Positions 10,413-19,636 of a DNA stretch of 64,000 nt are shown here, in pieces. The notes under the pieces are model-generated. The model was not told the DNA's origin. It searched no databases and saw only the letters and a list, made by a program, of their open reading frames with translations. A program made the translations under genes and the position numbers. Source of the DNA: an uncultured Chitinophaga sp. (GTDB lineage: Bacteria > Bacteroidota > Bacteroidia > Chitinophagales > Chitinophagaceae); assembly GCA_964473035.1 (NCBI GenBank), contig CAYYMK010000009.1, forward strand, positions 1,450-65,449, given 5' to 3'. The first letter of the stretch is position 1. Each line of letters opens with the position of its first letter.

Positions 10413-10730
10413 GTCAGGAACTTATTAAAATTTCAGCCGGTTGACTAGCTCCGGGCAATCTTATCTTACTCTCAAAAGCCAAAGTTAATTAGAGCAGAGA
10501 AACCCATTTTCTGTACGTAACAAATATTACATAGTGTGGCAGTTTCTGGCTTTTCCTTGCTCTGAATAGATTTCTGATTTCGATACAGCAAATTAAAAAG
10601 TTTTTCTGGTAAAAAGCCCTTGCATCAGAACCAGCAAAAAAATAATAACTTCTGCTATTTGTAACGGGAAGTTCCGCACGGCGGGAAACTGCTAACCTAC
10701 TGCACCAGTCCAAAAAAAATCCCTGTTCCA

Positions 10731-10762
10731 AAAGAAAAAAGCGAAACTTTTCTTGCTTCGCT
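10731..10762 (-). terminator. Rho-independent terminator downstream of the tRNA
   Basis: On the minus strand, an AGCGAA..TTCGCT hairpin (10740-10762) followed by TTTTTTCTTTT. Confidence 0.5.
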
Positions 10763-10768
10763 TCATTG

Positions 10769-10842
10769 TACCGGGGAGCAGACTTGAACTGCCGACCTCA
10801 GGGTTATGAATCCTGTGCTCTAACCAGCTGAGCTACCCCGGC
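10769..10842 (-). tRNA. tRNA with CAU anticodon (elongator tRNA-Met; tRNA-Ile2/lysidine not excludable)
   Basis: Reverse complement is GCCGGGGTAGCTCAGCTGGTTAGAGCACAGGATTCATAACCCTGAGGTCGGCAGTTCAAGTCTGCTCCCCGGTA, 74 nt. It folds as a cloverleaf with D-stem GCTC/GAGC, T-loop TTCAAGT and anticodon loop TTCATAA. CCA is not encoded. Confidence 0.9.
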
Positions 10843-10851
10843 AACGGGGGG

Positions 10852-10859
10852 CAAAAGTA
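10852..10859 (-). promoter_or_regulatory. -7 promoter box TACTTTTG for the tRNA
   Basis: Exact TAnnTTTG match on the minus strand, ending 9 nt upstream of the tRNA 5' end. Confidence 0.4.
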
Positions 10860-11014
10860 ATGATTTCCGGCGTTTTCAGAACAATAAAAAGATAGCCCCC
10901 ATTGCTAAAAATGATCAGCAAAACCGAAACAAGGCCACTGATTTTTTCAAAAAATTTGTTTAGAAGCAGGGTTTGAAAATGATCCGCTTCAGGAATAGTT
11001 CGCCATTGTATTTG

Positions 11015-12418
11015 TTAATCAAGCCCGGCTTCACGATGGGGTTCCGGTATCTCCACATCTGCAAATCCCTTCTTAATGAGTTTGCGCTGAAAGTCCTGCT
11101 GTACATGATACTCCCCATGCACCAGGAATATTTTTTGAACCTGCCCTGGATCCTGGCAGGCCAGCCATTGGCTCAGGTCTTCGTAATCACCATGGGCACT
11201 CATACTGCGTATGGCACCAATTTCTGCATGCACCTCATGCTGTATGCCATAAATGCTGACTTCTCTTTCACCGGAAAGCAGCCGGCCGCCAAGCGACCGT
11301 GGTTCGCAGTAGCCGGTAAAGAGTATAGTGTTTCGGCTGTTTTCAATATTATTGCTGATGTGGTGCTTCACCCGGCCGGCATCAGCCATACCACTGGCAG
11401 AAATAATCAGCATCGGCCCGTTCATAAAATTGAGTTGTTTGGATTGTTCTACCGTCTTTACATATTTCAACCCCTTGAAGGAAAAAGGATCCTGATCCGT
11501 TTTCATAATGCGCTGTACGGTTTTATTGAAATATTCCGGGTGGCTCTTGATAATTTCTGTGGCTTCCACACTCAGGGGACTGTCCACATAATATTCAAGA
11601 TCGGGCAGGCGGTTTTCCAGTTCCAGTTGGTTGAGGGCATAAAGTAATTCCTGCGTGCGGCCCACACTGAATGCTGGCATGATCAGTTTTCCTTTTTTTT
11701 GCAGGCAGGCTTTTTCAATCCAACGCAGTACCAGGTCGGGTGTTGTGACCGCCGGGTCGTGCAGGCTGTTGCCATATGTGGACTCAAGTATAATAAAATC
11801 TGCCTGCGGAAAAGGTTCAGGTGATCTCAGGATCACATCGCGGTATCGGCCCACATCACCGCTGAATGTAAGCTTTGTATGCTTTCCATTTTCGGTGATC
11901 CTCAGGTGCACCGATGCACTGCCGATGATATGGCCTGCATCGGTGTACATAGCCTGCACATTTTCCATAACATCGAACCAGGTATTATAGCCTCTTTCTT
12001 CAAAATAGCCAAGTGCATGGTCTACATCATCACGGGTATAAAGTGGCTTCAGATATCTGTTGCCGTTTTCAGCCCTTCTCTTATTTAGATACTTAATTTC
12101 ATCTTCCTGAATTTCGGCAGAATCACGCAGCAAAACTGCCGTAAGGTCATTCGTAGCAGGTGTGCAGAAAATTTTACCAGAAAACCCCTCAGCAACAAGC
12201 CTCGGAATTAGCCCGGAGTGATCAATATGTGCATGAGAAAGTACCAGCGCATCCACGCTGGCAGGATCAAAACCAAAGTCCCGGTTGAGCAGATCCGTTT
12301 CCTTGCCCATGCCCTGGAACATACCACAATCCAGCAATATTTTTTTACCGTTTTTAAGAGTGAGCAGGTGTTTTGAACCGGTTACGGTTCGGGCTGCCCC
12401 GTGAAATGCGATTTTCAT
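11015..12418 (-). CDS. MBL-fold metallo-hydrolase of the beta-CASP (RNA-processing) type
   Basis: HAHIDHSG (HxHxDH) motif near the N-terminus. The 467-aa length and C-terminal SAHGD motif are typical of beta-CASP RNases. Confidence 0.85.
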   Translation of the reverse strand: MKIAFHGAARTVTGSKHLLTLKNGKKILLDCGMFQGMGKETDLLNRDFGFDPASVDALVLSHAHIDHSGLIPRLVAEGFSGKIFCTPATNDLTAVLLRDSAEIQEDEIKYLNKRRAENGNRYLKPLYTRDDVDHALGYFEERGYNTWFDVMENVQAMYTDAGHIIGSASVHLRITENGKHTKLTFSGDVGRYRDVILRSPEPFPQADFIILESTYGNSLHDPAVTTPDLVLRWIEKACLQKKGKLIMPAFSVGRTQELLYALNQLELENRLPDLEYYVDSPLSVEATEIIKSHPEYFNKTVQRIMKTDQDPFSFKGLKYVKTVEQSKQLNFMNGPMLIISASGMADAGRVKHHISNNIENSRNTILFTGYCEPRSLGGRLLSGEREVSIYGIQHEVHAEIGAIRSMSAHGDYEDLSQWLACQDPGQVQKIFLVHGEYHVQQDFQRKLIKKGFADVEIPEPHREAGLD

Positions 12419-12495
12419 GTGTTAAGATTAATGTACCTAATATTTTTTTACCTGCTCTGCAGATCACACCCCGTTTGAACAGCCGGCTGTTTCCA

Positions 12496-12993
12496 CTAAG
12501 CAGTTTTTGCTTTTACTTTAAAGGACCATGTAAATGCAAACTCTGCCAGTTTTTCTCCGCTGGCTGATGTTCCTTCTGCCCTTGTAATCACTGTAACTGC
12601 CTCACCCGTATGAATGGCTTGCCGGATTGCTTCCTGCAGCAGCTCGCCATCCCTGCACACAAAACTGGTTCTGCCAGTTGCTTTCTTTAAAAACAAGGAT
12701 TCCATTTTAATGACCAGCATGGACACCGGCGGATGCAGCCGGTACAAATGTGCCATTGCCAAAGCGCCAGTACTCATTTCGGCAGCCATACTCAGGCAGG
12801 CAAAATAGGTGGAGCGGAAGGGATTTTGTGAAAACCATTTATATGGAACAGTTACCCGGCATTCTTTTTCAGTAATATCCCTGACACGTACACCTGAAAA
12901 AAATGCAGAGGGGAGTTTTGTAAGCAAAAACAACCGGTGTTTGACCGGGTTTTTCATTGTACGGCGAAATGCATGTATTCCTGAATTCATCAT
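12496..12993 (-). CDS. hotdog-fold thioesterase-like protein (DUF4442-like)
   Basis: 165 aa. The pattern FFSGVRVRDITEKECRVTVPYKWFSQNPFRSTYFACLSMAAEMSTGALAM matches that family; assigned from memory. Confidence 0.6.
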   Translation of the reverse strand: MMNSGIHAFRRTMKNPVKHRLFLLTKLPSAFFSGVRVRDITEKECRVTVPYKWFSQNPFRSTYFACLSMAAEMSTGALAMAHLYRLHPPVSMLVIKMESLFLKKATGRTSFVCRDGELLQEAIRQAIHTGEAVTVITRAEGTSASGEKLAEFAFTWSFKVKAKTA

Positions 12994-12997
12994 TCCA

Positions 12998-13552
12998 TCA
13001 GTTCTTTTTGGGTTCTTCCCGGTACAGCCATGCCCACTTTTCCTTTTTAAACTGGGCCGGCGACCAGTCTTGAAAAAATTCCATCACCTTTTTATAATCA
13101 TAAGAATCTTTTTCTTCAAGATAAACTGAATTCTGGGTATGGATCAGCTGCCCTTTGTCATTTAAGATCAGAAACACAGGAAACCCAAACCGGTTCGGAT
13201 AGCCGAATTTTTCAAGCAGGGACACATTTTTATTTTCCGGGCTGTAATTCATATGTACCGTTACAAAATTTTTTTTCACGAGAGTAGAAAGCGCCGAATC
13301 ATTTTGTACAAATGCATGAAATCTCAGGCACCAAACGCACCAGTTGCCTCCAATCTGTACCAATACAAACCGCTTGCTGGCACTGGCTTCCGCAATTGCC
13401 AGTTCCAGCTCTTTTTCTGCATCGGCAGCGGGATGATATAATTTTCGTGAAATGGTATCCTGTGCCATAGCGGAAACAGCAAAAATTAACACCGCTAAAG
13501 CTGGTATTGAATTGTGAACAAAGCGACGGTTTCTTTTACCATTTACTGCCAT
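12998..13552 (-). CDS. secreted thioredoxin-fold protein
   Basis: Signal peptide ...ALAVLIFAVSAMAQ and a CxxC motif in GGNWCVWCLRF. The track ORF extends to 13612; the ATG at 13552 precedes the signal peptide. Confidence 0.75.
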   Translation of the reverse strand: MAVNGKRNRRFVHNSIPALAVLIFAVSAMAQDTISRKLYHPAADAEKELELAIAEASASKRFVLVQIGGNWCVWCLRFHAFVQNDSALSTLVKKNFVTVHMNYSPENKNVSLLEKFGYPNRFGFPVFLILNDKGQLIHTQNSVYLEEKDSYDYKKVMEFFQDWSPAQFKKEKWAWLYREEPKKN

Positions 13553-13761
13553 GCAAAAAAATTTCTGAATAAGCCCGGTTTTGCTGCGAACTGAAGAGGT
13601 TTGCAGCATCACTGGTGAATTGAAGGAATGTTATTTTTAAATTTTCTTTAAAATTAGGAACTTACTTTGAAACAACGATTGTAAAAAAATATGGACGTTT
13701 TTTTTGACGGGCGCAACAAATACAGCAATTTATCGTCAAATTTGGTGTCCAATCATTAATA

Positions 13762-14646
13762 ATGAAAAAAGTATTCTGCAATTTTTTGTTCCTCCTTTCT
13801 TCAACTGCTGTATTTTCCCAAAAAACAAACAGCCGTTTGTATTTTACACAAGGCCAGTCCATAGCAGTGACGACAAACATCAGCACTACGATTTCTCAAC
13901 AGGCAATGGGACAAGCCATCGATTTTAATATGGATGCCACAGCCCTGCACTACTTTACTGTTACAAACAGCACAGAGGAAAATTTTACACTGCACCACCA
14001 GGTGCAACAAATTTTTTTCACATTTGACGGAATGGGGCAAAAAAGAAATTTCGACTCCAACAATGAGCAAAATCTGAACGGTCCGATGGGCAAACCCGTA
14101 AAAGATCTGCTTGATAAAAAATATGATATGATCATTGACACTGCAGGAAATACCCTGCTGACCATGCAGGAGAAAACTGATACGGTGCGCAAAGATAACC
14201 GTGCTGCAATGATTGCTGGCATGCTCCGGGATGTTGCGGTGATCGCTTTGCCCCCTGAACAGGGAAAAGCCAGCTTTTTTAAAGTACTACCCGATACTGT
14301 GCTGACAACCGGCAGCACCTGGATTGAATCGCACAAAACTACGGAGGGTTTCCGGGATGCTGCATACCGTATTGCTGAAATTACAGACTCTGTCATTGTC
14401 GTCAGTTTTGCGAGCAGCGGGACCAGCACCACAAAAGCTGAGATGATGGGAAATGAAACTACCACAAACCTGAACAGCAATTCCACTGGTAAAATAATAC
14501 TGGACCGCAGCACCGGGATCATGATCGAAAAAACTGAAACCATTGAATCATCAGGAACGACAGAAACAACATTTGGCAGCTTGCCTGTCAGTTCAAAAAC
14601 AGTGGCCCGTACTTCAGTAAATACCGGTGGCAGATCAGTTCAGTAA
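13762..14646 (+). CDS. hypothetical secreted protein
   Basis: 294-aa ORF with signal peptide MKKVFCNFLFLLSSTAVFSQ and a Thr/Ser-rich beta-type composition. No recognisable motif. Confidence 0.6.
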   Translation: MKKVFCNFLFLLSSTAVFSQKTNSRLYFTQGQSIAVTTNISTTISQQAMGQAIDFNMDATALHYFTVTNSTEENFTLHHQVQQIFFTFDGMGQKRNFDSNNEQNLNGPMGKPVKDLLDKKYDMIIDTAGNTLLTMQEKTDTVRKDNRAAMIAGMLRDVAVIALPPEQGKASFFKVLPDTVLTTGSTWIESHKTTEGFRDAAYRIAEITDSVIVVSFASSGTSTTKAEMMGNETTTNLNSNSTGKIILDRSTGIMIEKTETIESSGTTETTFGSLPVSSKTVARTSVNTGGRSVQ

Positions 14647-14705
14647 ACAAAACAGTGCAGATTTCTTTTTCAGACTCTCTTTTATCAACAGAAGCGTCGT
14701 GGTCA

Positions 14706-15920
14706 TTAAGGAATTAACAGCTGTGTGCGCAGTAAATCTTCCAGCGTTTCTCTTCTGCGGATCAGCATTGATTCGCCTTTGCTGATAAGTACTTCCGCCG
14801 GTCTGAAACGGGCATTGTATTGAGATGACATTTCAAAACCATAGGCTCCTGCATTTCTGAACACAAGTAAATCTCCTTCCCGTATTTCTGCGATCATGCG
14901 GTCTTCAGCAAAAGTGTCAGTTTCACATATATTGCCAGCCACTGTATACATCTTTTTAACGGCGGCAGGGTTTGAAATATTCAAAATTTCATGATATGCG
15001 CCGTAGAACATGGGCCTGATAAAATGGTTCAGCCCGCTGTTGACACCCGCAAAACAGGTATCGGCTGCCTGCTTCAGCACATGTACAGTTGTGACCAAAT
15101 ACCCTGCTTCACTCACCAGGTACTTGCCCGGTTCAAACCAAAGCCGGAAGCGTCGGTTTTGTGCTGCTTCAAACGCCCTGAACTTTTCTGCAACACGGAC
15201 GGCCAGTTGCCTGATGTCTGTTCCTTCTTCGCCGGGCATATAAGGCACTTTGAATCCCCCTCCCAGGTCTATCACTTCTGCTTCGGGAATCTGAAGCGCT
15301 GCTTCGAGCAGTACATCAATACCTTTTGCAAAAACATCCACATCTTTTATTTCGCTTCCAGTGTGCAGGTGCAGTGTACGCACCCTCAGTCCGGTTTGCT
15401 CCCTGATGCGAACGATATCAGAAAGATTTTCCACCGGAATACCGAATTTACTGCCTGAGTGGCCGGTAGAGATTTTCAGATTGCCCCCGGCCATTATATT
15501 CGGCCTGATGCGCACTCCAACGGGGTAGCTGCTGCCAAATTTTTTTCCGAATTTTTCCAGGTTGGAAAGGCTGTCAATATTAATATGCACCGCAGCATTT
15601 TTTGCTTCTTCAATTTCTTCAAAAGCAACATTACTGGATGTATAGAGGATTTCTTCAGGTGCAAACCCCGCCATCAATGCCAGCCGCACTTCATTGATGG
15701 AGCTGCAGTCTGTGTGGCAACCTATATTCTTAATCAGGCGCAGGATATTGATATTGGTCAGTGCCTTTGCAGCATAAAAAAAAACGGCACCGGTTCCTGC
15801 AAATGCCTGTTGCAACTGTTGATATTGTGCTGTGATGCGTTCTGCATGATATACATACAGGGGTGTGCCAAAGCGGGCAGCAGCCTTCCTTAATAATTCA
15901 TTTGTTAACTCCTCAGCCAT
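14706..15920 (-). CDS. lysA: diaminopimelate decarboxylase
   Basis: TPLYVYH, the PLP-lysine motif FFYAAKA, DLGGGF and GNICETDTF. The ATG at 15920 (MAEELTNELL) is preferred over the 45-codon-longer track ORF. Confidence 0.9.
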   Translation of the reverse strand: MAEELTNELLRKAAARFGTPLYVYHAERITAQYQQLQQAFAGTGAVFFYAAKALTNINILRLIKNIGCHTDCSSINEVRLALMAGFAPEEILYTSSNVAFEEIEEAKNAAVHINIDSLSNLEKFGKKFGSSYPVGVRIRPNIMAGGNLKISTGHSGSKFGIPVENLSDIVRIREQTGLRVRTLHLHTGSEIKDVDVFAKGIDVLLEAALQIPEAEVIDLGGGFKVPYMPGEEGTDIRQLAVRVAEKFRAFEAAQNRRFRLWFEPGKYLVSEAGYLVTTVHVLKQAADTCFAGVNSGLNHFIRPMFYGAYHEILNISNPAAVKKMYTVAGNICETDTFAEDRMIAEIREGDLLVFRNAGAYGFEMSSQYNARFRPAEVLISKGESMLIRRRETLEDLLRTQLLIP

Positions 15921-16101
15921 ACCTGCGAATATACACTGCAATTCAGGAATGATAACCAGCAGAAAAAATAAAGAGAGGATGACGCCACTGTGCTGTTTGT
16001 TTTTGTTGGATGAAGCAAGTATCCATGGACGATACCCGCTCCAGGGCGGAATCAAAAAATCAGTTTCACAGTCCGTTTATTGTTGCAAACAAGGCAAGTT
16101 G

Positions 16102-16452
16102 TGACATATATATTATATGGTCAAATATAATTTTTTGTATTAAACTCCCAAATGATTTCGGGAATATCCACAAAGTATTTTGGGGAAATTCCCGTTTTTT
16201 ATGAGCTGCAGATGGCAGAAATTTACAAAAGCAAGTTCTTTGAAAAGGATTCAGACAGTTATTGTTTTCTTTTTCATAGCATTAGTATAAAAAAAGGAAG
16301 TGGGAAAATTCCCGCCATTTTACGGGAAAAATCCCGGAGTTTTTTGGGGAAACAGCACAAACAACCTGCGGAGGCAACCAATAGTTTTGACTCATCATTA
16401 TTTCTTCAGCCATGGAGGGGGATTGATGAGACGGGTATGCCGAAAACCGGGA
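16102..16452 (+). repeat. copy 1 of a ~350-bp duplicated non-coding module rich in GGGAAA(N)TTCCC palindromes
   Basis: Collinear with 19674..20022. The flanks are near-identical around a ~60-nt diverged core, with a 2-nt indel in a TA run. Motifs lie at 16160-16169, 16183-16193, 16302-16313 and 16324-16335, with half-sites at 16346-16353 and 16449-16455. Confidence 0.85.
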
Positions 16453-16486
16453 AACCAACAAGGTATTCTTTCATTTTCAATAACAA

Positions 16487-16939
16487 GTAGATGGTATTGC
16501 TTTCTTCAACAACAAAACAAAAAAAGTTACCAAAGCCGGTTTGCTTTATCATTCAGGTGCAAGAGTACTTACCGGCATAAGAACTGGGCCGGTAACGGAT
16601 CCCGCCACCGGCAAACCGGTTAATTTTTTAAATTCATTTGCATCCCTTGGCTTGTATTTTCAAACAGGAGCATGGGATCGAAATAACTCAAAAAATGTGG
16701 GCATCAGCTGGTTTGCGTTCCGCTATATCGGTTGTTATACCAATCCTAATCAGCTAAAAGAATTTTTGCCCAATATAAATACCAATGGGCTTTATCATGG
16801 CTGGTCACTTGCCTGGGGAGTGGAGATCAATAATTTTGTAAACATCAAAGTGCTGTACTACAAATATGTGAAGAAGCCGGAGATCAATTATTCCCTGCCT
16901 ATTTACCAGTTTTCATTTAATTATACTTTGAAGAAATAA
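16487..16939 (+). pseudogene. 5'-truncated paralogue of the outer-membrane protein gene 21409..22215 (C-terminal ~150 codons only)
   Basis: Aligns codon-for-codon with 21763..22215 (VDGIAFFN...FSFNYTLKK). An in-frame TAA lies at 16481-16483. There is no ATG and no signal peptide; the first alternative start is TTG at 16541. Confidence 0.7.
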
Positions 16940-16943
16940 CCAG

Positions 16944-17612
16944 CTAATGTTCCGGAATTTTACCAATCAGTTCTCCTGCTTCAGTTACAGATAAAGCCTC
17001 AGGGTTTTCCGGTTCAGACTCCCCACCAGGAACCGGGCGGCCCGGTGCAGAAGGCTCTGTTACATCTGGCGCAATCTCTGTGAGCTTTGGCAGATCACCG
17101 GCAGAGTTGATCCCAAAATAATCCATGAAAATCCGCGATGTGGCATACAATAATGGCTGACCAGGCGCTTTTTCATTGCGGCCGCTGATGATAATTAATT
17201 CTTTCTCCAGCAGCTTCTGTACGGCATAATCGCAATTGACCCCCCTGATTGCTTCTATTTCGCCTTTGGTTACAGGCTGACGATAGGCAATAATAGCCAG
17301 TGTTTCAAGTGATGCAGCAGATAATTTTTTCAGGAATTTATCTTTTTGAAGCAACCCCACTGTGCTGTGATATTCTGCTTTTGTCAGAAATTGCCACCCG
17401 CCTCCGCTTTGCCTCATTTCAAATGGGTAATGCTCTGTGCTGTATTTTTCCACAATGCCCTCCAGGGCAGATTCCAGCATATCCAGCGAAACGGCCTCCT
17501 GCTCATCGCCCGGCTGGCTGTTCAGTAAGTCAAGAATGTCGAGAGTAGCCAGGGGTTTATCACTTGCAAAAATGAGGGCTTCGGTTTTTAGTATCAGTTC
17601 AGCTGTTGTCAT
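16944..17612 (-). CDS. scpB: segregation and condensation protein B
   Basis: ALIFASDKPL...LETLAIIAYRQPVTKGEIEAIRGVN...LLEKELI is the ScpB winged-helix pair. An acidic/Pro-rich tail follows. Confidence 0.9.
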   Translation of the reverse strand: MTTAELILKTEALIFASDKPLATLDILDLLNSQPGDEQEAVSLDMLESALEGIVEKYSTEHYPFEMRQSGGGWQFLTKAEYHSTVGLLQKDKFLKKLSAASLETLAIIAYRQPVTKGEIEAIRGVNCDYAVQKLLEKELIIISGRNEKAPGQPLLYATSRIFMDYFGINSAGDLPKLTEIAPDVTEPSAPGRPVPGGESEPENPEALSVTEAGELIGKIPEH

Positions 17613-17828
17613 AGTGATCCAATGTGGTTCAATCAGGGCAAATTAAAGCAGCAAATTAATACATGTAAAGAAAAAAACAGTAAGAGGTTATTCACAGTAT
17701 ATACGCATTTTTTATTGCAGGAGGCAACTGTGAAGTAACGAAAAAATTGGTGCACATATTGCAAAAGAAAAAGCAATCATTTCTGTGCAGACAGCCTGCA
17801 GCTGCTTTGTTCCTGCCCGGCCCGCGGT

Positions 17829-18710
17829 TTATCCCTGTAAAGCTGCAGCGCCGCTTACAATTTCAGTCAGCTCAGTCGTAATAGCCGCCTGCCTTGCACG
17901 GTTGTATGAAATCTTCAGCATGCGCAGCATTTCATTGGCATTTTCTGTAGCCTTGTCCATTGCTGTCATACGGGCACCATGTTCAGAAGCATGGCTGTCC
18001 AGTACGGCTTTGAACAGTTGCGTATTGAGTATCTTGGGCATTAGTTCCGCAATCAGTTGTTCTTTTGAAGGGTCGTAGATAAAATCGGCACGGGCCATGC
18101 CTTCCTTTTTTTCCACACGGGGTATGGGTAAAAAGCGTTCTGAAACAAAGCGCTGGGTTGCGGCATTTTTAAACTGGCTATACACAATTTCCACTACATC
18201 GTATTCTTTTTCGGCAAAGCGTTTCATTGCATCCGCTGCGGCCTGTTGTACATTTTCAAATGTCAGGTTCAGGAAAATATCCCTGAAGCGGGCATCGGCC
18301 CGATAATTATTTTTTACAAAATGCTCATACCCCTTTTTCCCGATACAGCAAAGATGCACATTGCCCTGTTTATGCTGTGTAGCGTACTGCTCTGCAATGG
18401 CAGCTTTGGTCAGCTTAATGATATTGGAATTAAATGCACCTGCCAGGCCCCGGTCGCTGGTGAGTACAATCAATAAAATTTTTTCTGGTTTTCTTTCTGC
18501 AGCCAGTTGCATGCCGGCGCCTGCCTCACTGTTGCTCACAATGTTGGTCAGCATTTCCTGAAGTTTTTGTGCATAGGGCCTCATTTGGATGATGGCATCC
18601 TGAGCCCGGCGCAATTTGGCAGCGCTGACCATCTTCATTGCCTTGGTAATTTGCTGTGTGCTTTGTACTGACTTGATGCGGTTTCGAACCTCTTTTAATT
18701 GTCCTGCCAT
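17829..18710 (-). CDS. atpG: F0F1 ATP synthase subunit gamma
   Basis: MAGQLKEVRNRIKSVQSTQQITKAMKMVSAAKLRRAQ N-terminus and C-terminal ...ITTELTEIVSGAAAL. Confidence 0.95.
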   Translation of the reverse strand: MAGQLKEVRNRIKSVQSTQQITKAMKMVSAAKLRRAQDAIIQMRPYAQKLQEMLTNIVSNSEAGAGMQLAAERKPEKILLIVLTSDRGLAGAFNSNIIKLTKAAIAEQYATQHKQGNVHLCCIGKKGYEHFVKNNYRADARFRDIFLNLTFENVQQAAADAMKRFAEKEYDVVEIVYSQFKNAATQRFVSERFLPIPRVEKKEGMARADFIYDPSKEQLIAELMPKILNTQLFKAVLDSHASEHGARMTAMDKATENANEMLRMLKISYNRARQAAITTELTEIVSGAAALQG

Positions 18711-18717
18711 GTTAAGA

Positions 18718-18807
18718 GTTTAAGGGTGAAGGTTTAATGCTTAAGGTCTTTGAAAGTCAAGGAGGAAAGTTTCAATCCGAAACAACCTTAAACCTTAGTC
18801 TTTAAAC
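18718..18807. repeat. 90-nt imperfect palindrome in the atpG upstream region
   Basis: Left arm GTTTAAGGGTGAAGGTTTAA (18718-18737). Right arm TTAAACCTTAGTCTTTAAAC (18788-18807). They pair at the outer 6 and inner 9 positions. Confidence 0.5.
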
Positions 18808-18876
18808 TTTAAACCCGTTTTCAGGCGGCAAAGGTATGGGCTGAAAGCTAAAATTCCATAAGTAATTATGGGTGTT

Positions 18877-19551
18877 TCAGGCCGTTATTTCTGTGAGAAT
18901 TCCACTGTGAAAAACACCCAGGGCAAGGCCGACCCGGCAGTGGACATCAAACCTGGCAAATAATCCTTCCCTCAGATAATCAACCTGACGGTCGGATAAA
19001 TCCATATCGGAAGCAATCTGTTTATATGTTTTTTCGGAACAGACCAGTTGCATGAACTTTAGTTCCGTCTCTGAAAAATCAATGCCCTGTTGTTTCCCTT
19101 TTTTATAGTTGTCCCTGTCCCCATAAGCCGCTTTTCCGCTGACCATCGGGAAATATTGCCCATTTTTCATCAGCTCATAAAAAGCTTTTCGTAATTCGGC
19201 TACCTGAGCACCTTTATTTACACAGCCATTTCCTCCGACAGCTATCATCCGGCACAGGGCCATTTCATTATGATGCATGGAACAGAAAAGTATTTTTACT
19301 TCAGGGTATTTTTCTTTCAGCGCTTTTGCTGCATCATAACCGTTCAGCTCCGGCATGGAAATATCAAGTAACACAAGATCAGTGTTAGGTTTTGTTTCCA
19401 TCTTATCCAGCAGTGCCCGGCCATTGGCAGCCTGTATCACCACTTTACAGTTTTCAATGGAATCAATATGAGATGATACCAGCTCCCTGAACATTTCATG
19501 ATCGTCTGCTACGGCAATCTTAATGATGCTTTTTCCATGGATATAAGGCAT
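18877..19551 (-). CDS. response regulator transcription factor, NarL/LuxR family (orphan: no kinase adjacent)
   Basis: REC domain with acidic pocket VADDH and phospho-acceptor region LVLLDISMP. C-terminal LuxR HTH: ETELKFMQLVCSEKTYKQIASDMDLSDRQVDYLREGLF. Confidence 0.9.
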   Translation of the reverse strand: MPYIHGKSIIKIAVADDHEMFRELVSSHIDSIENCKVVIQAANGRALLDKMETKPNTDLVLLDISMPELNGYDAAKALKEKYPEVKILFCSMHHNEMALCRMIAVGGNGCVNKGAQVAELRKAFYELMKNGQYFPMVSGKAAYGDRDNYKKGKQQGIDFSETELKFMQLVCSEKTYKQIASDMDLSDRQVDYLREGLFARFDVHCRVGLALGVFHSGILTEITA

Positions 19552-19636
19552 AATATATGATTTTGATGTGAGAAAATGCTGGTACTAATAAAAGCCTGAA
19601 CCCAGTAATGATTTGCTGAGGGTAATGATTACAGCG

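Noticed and set aside
10413-10768. 356-nt gene-free stretch next to the tRNA, considered as an integration scar or an sRNA/tmRNA/6S locus.
   Set aside because: I found no integrase, no direct repeat of the tRNA 3' end and no recognisable ncRNA signature. It probably holds just the tRNA terminator and the GNAT promoter.
15921-16100. Possible lysine riboswitch in the lysA 5' region.
   Set aside because: The minus-strand sequence lacks the L-box hallmarks (AGAGGNGC, GAGTA, CTGTCA). An AGAGGATGACGCC-like word is on the wrong strand.
16423-16447. Hammerhead-ribozyme-like core TGATGAG...CGAAA inside the module (also present in copy 2).
   Set aside because: The essential C3 is a U, no convincing stem II can be drawn between GATGA and GAAA, and I found no stem I/III or cleavage-site context.
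16152-16490. ORFs of 112 aa (16152..16490) and 108 aa (19722..20048) that stay open through both copies of the duplicated module.
   Set aside because: Nearly all substitutions between the copies are non-synonymous in this frame, about 10 of the 11 I counted in the conserved flanks. The peptide has no protein-like features, and the conserved elements are DNA palindromes. I treat the module as non-coding, though this is not fully excluded.
18761-18770. GGAGGAAAGT, resembling the RNase P RNA P4 motif GAGGAAAGTCC.
   Set aside because: The match stops after AAAGT. No other RNase P conserved regions are nearby, and the spacer is only 166 nt.
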